A DNA stretch of 27,462 nucleotides from an uncultured bacterium (GTDB lineage Bacteria > Hydrogenedentota > Hydrogenedentia > Hydrogenedentales > JAEUWI01). A program made the translations under genes and the position numbers. The number at the start of each line of letters is the position of its first letter. The first letter of the stretch is position 1. The notes under the pieces were generated by a model. That model was not told the origin of the DNA and did no database searches. It worked only from the letters and a program-made list of their open reading frames with translations. Location: positions 1 through 27,462 of the forward strand of contig CAXBPH010000077.1 in assembly GCA_963977445.1 (NCBI GenBank). Direction: 5' to 3'. Of the stretch, positions 12,490 through 20,275 are shown piece by piece.

Positions 12490-12885
12490 GATAGATTCCT
12501 TACTGCTTTGAAAACGGAAAACGCCCGGTTGGTGATATCGCTAAAAGGAAATGGTACACCATGCCCACCGGTGCTGTAAAAAAGGTTTAAAACCCCGCAG
12601 CTGGCGGTCAAATCCATTTCACTATACCCAGTAGGATGGCGCGTCGGATCGTGTGAACGGATGACGTACGACTCCCGACACAAAGAATAACACCCAAGTC
12701 ACCAAAGGTGCCGCGCGATCGGGTACTCCCGTTCGTGCGTAAACCACTACGAACGCGTTAAGACGCCAGGTTTTGAAACCGTCCCTGAGATTACAAGCTT
12801 AAGATAGCAACAAGAATTCATTTAATCGCACGAACCGGGGTACCGGATCGCGCGGCACGACCGGAGAGACCTGAATCGCCTGCGT

Positions 12886-14469
12886 CTACCCCATCCCTCG
12901 GGCAAACATCGCCGCCACGAGCAAGGCCGCCAACAAAAGGATGCCCGCCAACAACCAACGCCAGGGTCGGGTTGGACGCTCCGCCTGGGCCGTCTGAATT
13001 TCCACCCGAAGGGCAACGAGTTCGTCGTGCTCTGTCTCTCCCGGGGGATTGAGCAACAAGGACTCCACCAGACGCTCCGCCGCACGAAACCGGCCCTTTT
13101 TCATCGCTTTTTTCACGGCCTTCCGGTGGGCACCATGCTCCAGGGCCGTCCGGTCGTTTTCGAGCATACGACGGACCTCCGACGGCATGAGGTGATCATC
13201 CGCCTGACCCAGGAGTCCCTCCAGCAGTCCCACGGCTCCCGCCGTCTGGCCATGGGCCCCATCCAAATCCAGGGCGAGACAACGAAGCATAATCCAGATG
13301 CCTTCCCCGGCGGGCGTGCCGTGGGCAGCGGCCATGGCATCGGTAAAGGCACTATAAAGGCTGCCTGCCGGACCGCGGTCCCCCAGCCGAAATCCGTCCG
13401 ACGCCAGTCCTTTCCCCAATCCCACGGGATCGCGCTGCAACGTCATAATCACCTGGGCCAACTCCTGGGGTGCGCCGGCCGCTGGCGAACGGGATAACAA
13501 GGCACCCAGCCCCTCCAGCCGCTCGGGCAAGTGGAGATCCACCGGTTCACTATCGGGAAAGGCATAGCGCAGGGACTCGGCAATCTGCAGGGCCGCACGA
13601 AAGCGCCAGCGTTCCCAGGCCAGAAAGGTGCACAGGCCGCTTACCCCGCCGTGCATGGTCTCGGCCCGTTTCGTCACGGCGCTGTTATCTATAGCCGGAT
13701 GCTGGAGGGGCGCGCTGTACTCATCCCACAGGGCGAGGCAGGCCTTGATCCCCTCCGTCGCTTTGGTGTCCGCCGAGTTGGCCATTAAGGCACTGATATG
13801 GCCGGAAAGCCGCTTTTCAATGGCCCCCAGATGGGCGTCATACCACGCGTCGTAGGCGGCAACCACCCGCTCCAGAAAACCATAGGCCGGACCCTCCGGC
13901 GACCAGCCATCGGAAAAAAGACGCACCATGAATTTCCGGTGCTCTTTCCGGGTCGATATGGATTCACACACCGCCGCACAATGCTGGGCCTGGAGGGTCT
14001 CCAGGGCGCTGCGAAGGTCTTCTTCCGTCGCGGGGGCAATTCCGGCCACCTCCCGATTCCCATTCACCAACCAGAAAAGGGCCTGGGGATCAATGTCATT
14101 CTGCGCCTCCACCATGGCCCGGACCACCGGCACGCCCGCACGCTCTACCGAACACAGATGGGCCGTCAGGTTGGATCGGGCGACGCCGTCAATCGTTTCC
14201 AGCAACGCCATGCGAGACGCCCGATCGGGCGGGGTTCGAAGGGCTTCAAGAATGGTCCGAACCCGCGGCGCGCTCCGGCCTATCAGCCAGGAGACTTCCG
14301 CCTCCAGACGTGCGACCGGGTCGAGCAGCATACGAGCGGCCGCCTCCGCATCTTCCTTCGAAAGACGCGCCTCCGCCACGGCACGCGACGCCGCGCCCCG
14401 AATCGCGTCGGGCGAATCCTGCACCGTTACATCCAGCAGGGCAAAGGGATTCTTGAATAAGTCGATCAT
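12886..14469 (-). CDS. Hypothetical helical protein with a J-domain-like N-terminus and a C-terminal membrane anchor
   Basis: 'NPFALLDV....S...I' and 'LLDPVARLEAE' resemble J-domain ends but there is no HPD. Ends in 'WRWLLAGILLLAALLVAAMF'. The start could be 14469 or slightly upstream. Confidence 0.7.
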   Translation of the reverse strand: MIDLFKNPFALLDVTVQDSPDAIRGAASRAVAEARLSKEDAEAAARMLLDPVARLEAEVSWLIGRSAPRVRTILEALRTPPDRASRMALLETIDGVARSNLTAHLCSVERAGVPVVRAMVEAQNDIDPQALFWLVNGNREVAGIAPATEEDLRSALETLQAQHCAAVCESISTRKEHRKFMVRLFSDGWSPEGPAYGFLERVVAAYDAWYDAHLGAIEKRLSGHISALMANSADTKATEGIKACLALWDEYSAPLQHPAIDNSAVTKRAETMHGGVSGLCTFLAWERWRFRAALQIAESLRYAFPDSEPVDLHLPERLEGLGALLSRSPAAGAPQELAQVIMTLQRDPVGLGKGLASDGFRLGDRGPAGSLYSAFTDAMAAAHGTPAGEGIWIMLRCLALDLDGAHGQTAGAVGLLEGLLGQADDHLMPSEVRRMLENDRTALEHGAHRKAVKKAMKKGRFRAAERLVESLLLNPPGETEHDELVALRVEIQTAQAERPTRPWRWLLAGILLLAALLVAAMFARGMG

Positions 14470-14594
14470 AGGCCAAACATCATGGCGCACCAATTGCGCC
14501 TTTTACGCGGGCCACTTCGGTCCGTCACGTGTTTATACCACGCGCCGGGGATCGTGAGCTACTGAAGACGACGATGGCAAGGGGAAACTGCACT

Positions 14595-15336
14595 GGGGAC
14601 TGCACCGACATCACCACGTCTTGAAGCAAACGCGACGCCGTGGTGCCAGATGAAATCAACCTCACGAAGAAAAAAACCAACCGTCGGGGCAGCACCGGGG
14701 ACTGCACCGACATCACCGTGTCTTGAAGCAAATACGACGCCGTGGTGCCAAGAAAAAACAACCCCACGAAAGAAAGCGTTGACCGTCGGGGCCGTCCCCC
14801 CGAGGGCGATTCAACGCCGCAGAAAAAACGTCTCGCCCAACGTCGCAAAGACCTCTACACAAGGGGGACGGCCTCGGCGAGCAGCATGAACCGTGCTACA
14901 CCAACTACCACGTTGGCACCAAGACGTGATTTCGTTGTTCACCGAGGCGTTCGGCCGATGCAGTCCCCGGGGACTGCACCGACATCGCCAAGTCTTGAAC
15001 CAAACACGACGCCGTGGTGCCAGATGAAAACTACCCCACGAGCGTAATTCGTAACCGTCGGGGCAGCACCGGGGACTGCACCGACATCACCACGTCTTGA
15101 AGCAAACACGACTGCGTGGTGCCAAGAAAAAAACTACCCCACGAAAGAAAGCGTCAACCGTCGGGGCCGTCCCCCTGAGGGTGATTCTTCAAAGCAAAAA
15201 TAGCGACTTACCCAAGGGGGACGGCCTCGGCGAGCAGCATGAACCGTGCTACACCGACGACCACGATGGCACCAAAACGTGATCTCGGTGTTCACCGGGC
15301 CCTTCGGCCGATGCAGTCCCCTCCGATGCAGTCCCC
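14595..15336. repeat. Tandem array of palindromic REP/MITE-like units (GGGGACTGCA...TGCAGTCCCC)
   Basis: A ~102 bp direct repeat starts at 14595, 14697, 14969 and 15071 (super-period 374 bp). The inverted end TGCAGTCCCC ends at 14968, 15321 and 15336. Confidence 0.9.
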
Positions 15337-15339
15337 ACC

Positions 15340-16170
15340 TCAGTGAAACCAGTCACCCCCCGGTGTGAATTCATCGATCGCCCAGCCGTGATTCAAGGGA
15401 CCACTGCCCTTCGCGAAATCTGGCCAGGCATGTTCCAATGCGCCCGTGAGATAGGTCTTCGCATCGTCGATGGCGTCCACAAGCCCACGTCCCTGTCCCA
15501 GGCGCGTGGCGATGGCGGAGGCCAGGGTACAGCCGGTGCCGTGGCCGCAGGTGGTGGCCACCCGGGGCGAACGAAAGGTATGCCAGGTTTCGCCGTCAAA
15601 GAGCTGGTCGATGGCGTCTTCCGTGATAGCGTGGCCCCCCTTGATGAGGACCGCCCGCGCACCGAGGCCATGGATAACTTCGCCGGCGCGATGGAGACTG
15701 GCGCCGTCCGTAATGGTGAATCCCGCCAGGGCTTCCGTCTCGGGCAGGTTGGGCGTCAGCAGGGTCGCCCGGGGCAAGAGGCGACTCACCAGTATTTCCT
15801 GGGCATCTTCGTCGATAAGTCGTGCGCCGCTGGTCGCCACCATGACAGGATCGAGCACGAGGGGTATCTCCGGCACCGTAGCCAACACATCGGCGACCAC
15901 CCGGATGATTTCCCGGTTCAACAACATGCCTGTCTTAAATACGTCGACCCCGGGGTCTTCCAAAACGGCTTCAATCTGTTTTCTAACCATATCCGGCGGG
16001 ACCGCATGGATACCCGTCACGCCCAAGGTGTTTTGGGCCGTAAGGGCCGTAATCGCCGACATGCCATAGCCCCCGAGGGCCAGGATGGCCTTGAGGTCGG
16101 CCTGAATGCCCGCGCCGCCGCTCGAGTCGCTGCCGGCGATGGTCAATATCCGTGCTGGTACGTTGCTCAT
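15340..16170 (-). CDS. thiD: Hydroxymethylpyrimidine/phosphomethylpyrimidine kinase
   Basis: 'LTIAGSDSSGGAGIQADLK', 'TAQNT.GV', 'DPVMVATSG', 'TPNLPE', 'KGGH', 'HGTGCTLASA'. Confidence 0.96.
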   Translation of the reverse strand: MSNVPARILTIAGSDSSGGAGIQADLKAILALGGYGMSAITALTAQNTLGVTGIHAVPPDMVRKQIEAVLEDPGVDVFKTGMLLNREIIRVVADVLATVPEIPLVLDPVMVATSGARLIDEDAQEILVSRLLPRATLLTPNLPETEALAGFTITDGASLHRAGEVIHGLGARAVLIKGGHAITEDAIDQLFDGETWHTFRSPRVATTCGHGTGCTLASAIATRLGQGRGLVDAIDDAKTYLTGALEHAWPDFAKGSGPLNHGWAIDEFTPGGDWFH

Positions 16171-17435
16171 CCGAGAATCCCTGCCACACAGGCGGTGGTA
16201 AAGCAGGCGAGGGTGCCTGCTATGAATGCTTTCATACTCAACGACGCCACTTCGGTGCGTCGTTCTGGAATCAGTCCATCGAGGCCACCAATCAGAATAC
16301 CCAGGCTACCGGGATTGGCAAAACCGCAGAGGGCGTAGGTGACGATAAGTTTGGCCCGTGGACTGATGGCACCCGACTCGACGAGGGGGGCCATGTTTTG
16401 ATAGGCGAGGAACTCGTTGAAGACCGACTTGGTGGCCAACAACTCGGACACGGCGCCGATATCCTGCCAGGGCACGCCCATAATAAGGGCAAAGGGCCGA
16501 AAGAAATAGCCAAGGATGACGGTTGTCGTTGTGCCCGTAACAGCGTTCACGCCCAGATCTATCAGATAAATGAGACCGACAAATACCATGAGGAGGGCGG
16601 CCACGTTGAGCGCCATCGTGAGGCCGTTTTGGGCCCCCCGGGCGGCGGCGTCGAATATATTCTGGCTCTCCACGGGCAAAACGATGGGTTCGCTCCCCGA
16701 TGTTTCCGGTGTCCCTGTTTCGGGCACCAGCAGCTTCGCCATAACGAGGGCGGCCGGGGCACTCATGATCGACGCCGCCAGCAGGTGACCCGGCTCGGCA
16801 CCGAAGCCTGCATAGGCCACCATCACACTCGCCGCGATAGTCGCCAGGAATCCCACCATGAGGGTGAAGATTTCCGAGCGGGTCATCTCCTTCAGATAGT
16901 TACCCAAGGCGCTCACCGACTCAATGCCGAGAAACACCAGCAAGGCCACACCAAAGGTCTCGGCGCCCGAGGTCTTGAGGCTGCGACGCATCACCCACGC
17001 CATACCCCGGATGACCCATTGGACAACACCGAGGTGGAGCAGGATGGCCGAAAGGCCCGAGACGAAGATAATTACGGGCAGCACGCGGAAGGCGATTACG
17101 GCCGCGATAATAAAGGGACCTTCCGATTCGGGAGCGCCATTTTCACCAAAACCGATTTTATCGACAAAAAAGACCTGATTGAGATTGCCGAAAACAAAGC
17201 TGCCGCCAGCGGCACTCGCATCGGTGATGACGTCGAAGCCGGTCTTCACCCCCTCAAAGAACCACACGCCAAACTGGGTATGCATCACGATGACACCGAG
17301 AATGAACTGGAGGCCCATGCCCCAGGCCACCAGTCGCCAGGATACCTTCGTCCGGTTTTCCGACAGACCCCATGCCAGGCCAACAAGCAGCAAGAGGCCA
17401 ACCAGACTGATACAACGAAGCAATAAATCGTCCAT
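16167..17435 (-). CDS. nupC: Concentrative nucleoside transporter (NupC/CNT family)
   Basis: 'LSENR..V.WR.V..G..LQ', 'FRVLPVIIF', 'MSAPAAL', 'NEF.AY', 'YALCGFAN.GS'. The stop overlaps the thiD start (ATGA). Confidence 0.92.
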   Translation of the reverse strand: MDDLLLRCISLVGLLLLVGLAWGLSENRTKVSWRLVAWGMGLQFILGVIVMHTQFGVWFFEGVKTGFDVITDASAAGGSFVFGNLNQVFFVDKIGFGENGAPESEGPFIIAAVIAFRVLPVIIFVSGLSAILLHLGVVQWVIRGMAWVMRRSLKTSGAETFGVALLVFLGIESVSALGNYLKEMTRSEIFTLMVGFLATIAASVMVAYAGFGAEPGHLLAASIMSAPAALVMAKLLVPETGTPETSGSEPIVLPVESQNIFDAAARGAQNGLTMALNVAALLMVFVGLIYLIDLGVNAVTGTTTTVILGYFFRPFALIMGVPWQDIGAVSELLATKSVFNEFLAYQNMAPLVESGAISPRAKLIVTYALCGFANPGSLGILIGGLDGLIPERRTEVASLSMKAFIAGTLACFTTACVAGILG

Positions 17436-17617
17436 GTGTTACCCGATTCCTACCCGACTGGTGATGCCCCACAATTCCCCCTACCTATGTAGCAGGCACG
17501 GCGGGCTCATTGCAATGCAGGCGGCGTGGTGGGGATTCGAGTCAAACTCCTAAATAAGCGAAGATTCATCTCGGACATTTTCCAAGACAATCGACTGCCA
17601 GCTTAGAATACGCGAGC

Positions 17618-17707
17618 TTGGGAGCGCAGGCGGCTCGCCTGCATTACGTCGAAGACGTAAAAATAACGTACCTCGGCCCGGGGCAGGCGGGCCGCCTGCG
17701 CTCCCAA
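17618..17707. repeat. REPIN-like inverted pair of REP palindromes
   Basis: TTGGGAGCGCAGGCGGCTCGCCTGC (17618-17642) and its inverse GCAGGCGGGCCGCCTGCGCTCCCAA (17683-17707), with one mismatch and a 40 bp spacer. Confidence 0.85.
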
Positions 17708-17828
17708 TTGTCAAAGGCTGCTTTTGGGGCGATAGCGGTCAAGCTGCCGGTGCGTTGGCCTTTTGCAGGAGCTTCCGTGCACTGCTGAAACTAACGAACT
17801 GGATTTGTTCGAGGCCTACCTTCCTTGT

Positions 17829-18497
17829 TCAGGTGTTGGTCTTACGCATGGAACTCACCCACCGCACCAATACGAAGGCGACCAATCCGCACACCACCCC
17901 CAAGAGGGATCCCCAATACACATCTTCCAGAAAATGCTCGGAGAGATAAACCCGACTGAAGGCCGCCCCCAGGGCAAGCACAAATAGCGATCCCTGTTGC
18001 CATCGGGGTGGGGTTTCCAATTTAAGGGTGGACACCAGGGCAAGAGCGGTCATCAGGGCAAAGGCGATGGCGCTGTGTCCCGAGGGCATGGAGTAGTCCA
18101 GGTGATTTTCGAAACCGGGCACCAGGCGCAGGGGACCATCGGTCCCGAAGATTGCCACGGGCCGGGGTACGGTTCCAAATACCTGGTATTTGAAAAACTC
18201 TGTGGCCAGGCCCGCGCCTATGGTGGCAAGGAGCACCGTCGCGCCGTGGCGGAATTGTTTGCGCAGGAGCAATGCCCCTCCCATTACCCACGCGACCCGC
18301 CGGTCACCCACATAGGAAAGGACGACGAAAATATCATCGCTTCCGGGGAAATGGAGGGTATTGAGGGCTAAATGCAGAGTTGGTTGCGCCGTTTTAAGAA
18401 TGAGGAGGCCGCCGAGGACAAACCAGACGAAATAGAGCAGGAGAAAGGTCTGGATTTGCATCGCAACCACACCCAGCTCTCGAATAAATACATGCAT
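17829..18497 (-). CDS. PAP2-family membrane phosphatase
   Basis: Motifs 'K......PRP', 'SMPSGHS', 'SRVYL.EHF..DV..G' and several transmembrane segments. Confidence 0.92.
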   Translation of the reverse strand: MHVFIRELGVVAMQIQTFLLLYFVWFVLGGLLILKTAQPTLHLALNTLHFPGSDDIFVVLSYVGDRRVAWVMGGALLLRKQFRHGATVLLATIGAGLATEFFKYQVFGTVPRPVAIFGTDGPLRLVPGFENHLDYSMPSGHSAIAFALMTALALVSTLKLETPPRWQQGSLFVLALGAAFSRVYLSEHFLEDVYWGSLLGVVCGLVAFVLVRWVSSMRKTNT

Positions 18498-18726
18498 GGT
18501 GATTTGACCTCTCGGGTACCGCTGCGGCCATCATTTTCGTAGAAGTAGCGTCATCTCGCTTGTAAATACCAGACGAAATCTTGTGTTTTTTTCGATTTCT
18601 TACTCGGCAGTGCAAGAAATGCCCTTCGAAGACCAGCTGAGGGACATTTTAGGGTTGACCTACGGCAAAGTACGACGATTTTGTCAGGGGCATATATTGG
18701 TTTTTCAATCGAATACACGGACAACA

Positions 18727-18742
18727 ATACCATATATGGTAG
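18727..18742. promoter_or_regulatory. Additional upstream NrdR-box-like site
   Basis: ATACCATATATGGTAG matches the NrdR consensus acaCwAtATaTwGtgt. Confidence 0.55.
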
Positions 18743-19006
18743 TCATTTTGGCATTTGATGCGAAAATAACCTCCAGCGGAACCTCGTCGAATCTGGGATT
18801 TGTATACTACTGCTATGGGTATAAGACAAAAACATTACAAGGGGTAGTAGAAGTTCCCGAAGCGGGCTGAGGAGGCCCTTTCCACCCCGTTTGGACCCCA
18901 AACCGTCGCGTATGACGCCCTCCGCCCCACCGTTCCGTCTTCTTTTGAAACGTACTCGGCAAATCCAGCGCGGGGACCTGTCTCAAAACAAGACACTATA
19001 CAGAAG

Positions 19007-19053
19007 ATACCATATGTTGTATACTAAATTCAGAACCAGTCTATATATGGAGA
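19007..19053. promoter_or_regulatory. Tandem NrdR boxes
   Basis: ATACCATATGTTGTAT (19007-19022) and AGTCTATATATGGAGA (19038-19053). Their starts are 31 bp apart, the typical NrdR spacing, and they lie upstream of thyX-nrdJ. Confidence 0.8.
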
Positions 19054-19120
19054 CATGGAGATGCTCTTGTGTCTGTGAATTCTACGAATACTTCCCCGAG
19101 CAGTCCTCAGAAAAAAGCCC

Positions 19121-19149
19121 TTTACAACGGCTGCCAGACCGCCTATAAT
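19121..19149 (+). promoter_or_regulatory. Sigma70-type promoter for thyX-nrdJ
   Basis: TTTACA (19121-19126), 17 bp spacer, TATAAT (19144-19149). Confidence 0.75.
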
Positions 19150-19311
19150 GCGGACTGCCTCACACGAGGCCGACTTACCAAGGTGCTGGTAAGGCTGGCC
19201 AAGCCCGCAGTCCGGGGCTTGTGCTCAAGTGTTTTTTCAACACACATATTCATAACAGGGGTGATCTGTTTTTTTGGAGCATGTGTGAATACTGATTGAA
19301 AGTAGAACTCT

Positions 19312-20094
19312 GTGAATTTTGTTAAGCCCAAAGTATTTCTGGTTGGTGAAACCAGAATTGTGGAGCAGGGACTCCAGGACTACCTCGACCATGTTGGGGT
19401 AACCCAGTGGAAAACCGATGCCCCCAGTGACTCGGAAAAGCTGGCCGAAGTGATGGGGCGCCTTTGCTACCGCTCTTTCGAGCCGGGCATGAACCCCAAC
19501 GTAACGCGGGTCCGTGAAGGCAATCAAACCTACCTCAACAACATCATCAACGTGGGTCACGGCAGCGTCGTGGAACACCCCGTGATGAATTTCATCTTTG
19601 CCGACGTGAGCCGCGTGGTCACCCATGAGCTGGTGCGCCATCGGGCCGGCACGGCCATGAGTCAGGAATCCCTCCGTTTTGTTCGCCTCGACACCCTCTC
19701 GGCCTATGTGCCCATGTGTATCGAAGAGAACGATGAAGGTATGTCCATCTTTGTAAAGACCTTTGAGCACCTGGAAAAGCTCCAGAAAGAGCTCGCCGAA
19801 ATCTACGACATCGACAATGAGCAAAAGTTTGCGGTGAAGAAGAAGCTCACCTCCGCCTTTCGCCGCCTGGCCCCCATTGGCCTCGCCACCACCATCGGGT
19901 GGTCGTGTAACTTCCGGACCCTCCGCCATGTGCTGGAGAACCGGACCGACCCCCACGCTGAAGAAGAAATTCGTTACCTCTTCGCCGAAGTTTATAACGT
20001 GGTCAAAGATCGTTACCCCAATCTCATGGGTGATTATGAGGTGGAGATGGTCGATGGACTCCCGTGGATTAAGACGGCCCATCGTAAAATTTAG
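19312..20094 (+). CDS. thyX: FAD-dependent thymidylate synthase
   Basis: 'GRLCYRS', 'GHGSVVEH', 'SRVVTHELVRHR....SQES.R', 'N.RTLRH...R...HAE.EIR'. GTG start. Confidence 0.96.
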   Translation: MNFVKPKVFLVGETRIVEQGLQDYLDHVGVTQWKTDAPSDSEKLAEVMGRLCYRSFEPGMNPNVTRVREGNQTYLNNIINVGHGSVVEHPVMNFIFADVSRVVTHELVRHRAGTAMSQESLRFVRLDTLSAYVPMCIEENDEGMSIFVKTFEHLEKLQKELAEIYDIDNEQKFAVKKKLTSAFRRLAPIGLATTIGWSCNFRTLRHVLENRTDPHAEEEIRYLFAEVYNVVKDRYPNLMGDYEVEMVDGLPWIKTAHRKI

Positions 20095-20275
20095 AAAACA
20101 TCGGGGCCGCTCCGGTCAGAGCAGCCCACGATTTACGTAGAAATAGATCACGTACGCAGCCTCCTCGGTGGGAAGGTTCGCGTGCATCCAGGAAGCGGAA
20201 GATGGCGTTGCGGGGCGCCGAGGAGAACGAGGCGTGGACATGAAACGGAATCATTCAACAGCGGAGATGGGAGTT

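Noticed and set aside
17436..17617. TPP riboswitch upstream of nupC-thiD
   Set aside because: No CTGAGA or downstream TPP core motif is visible on the minus strand.
18583..19299. Small ORFs in the PAP2-thyX intergenic region
   Set aside because: They have atypical composition and no RBS, and they overlap the NrdR boxes, promoter and leader.
20160..20205. Cobalamin riboswitch before nrdJ (GGGAAGG...CCAGGAAG)
   Set aside because: Only fragmentary similarity; the conserved upstream GGGAA and ACTGT/GCCACTG elements are missing.
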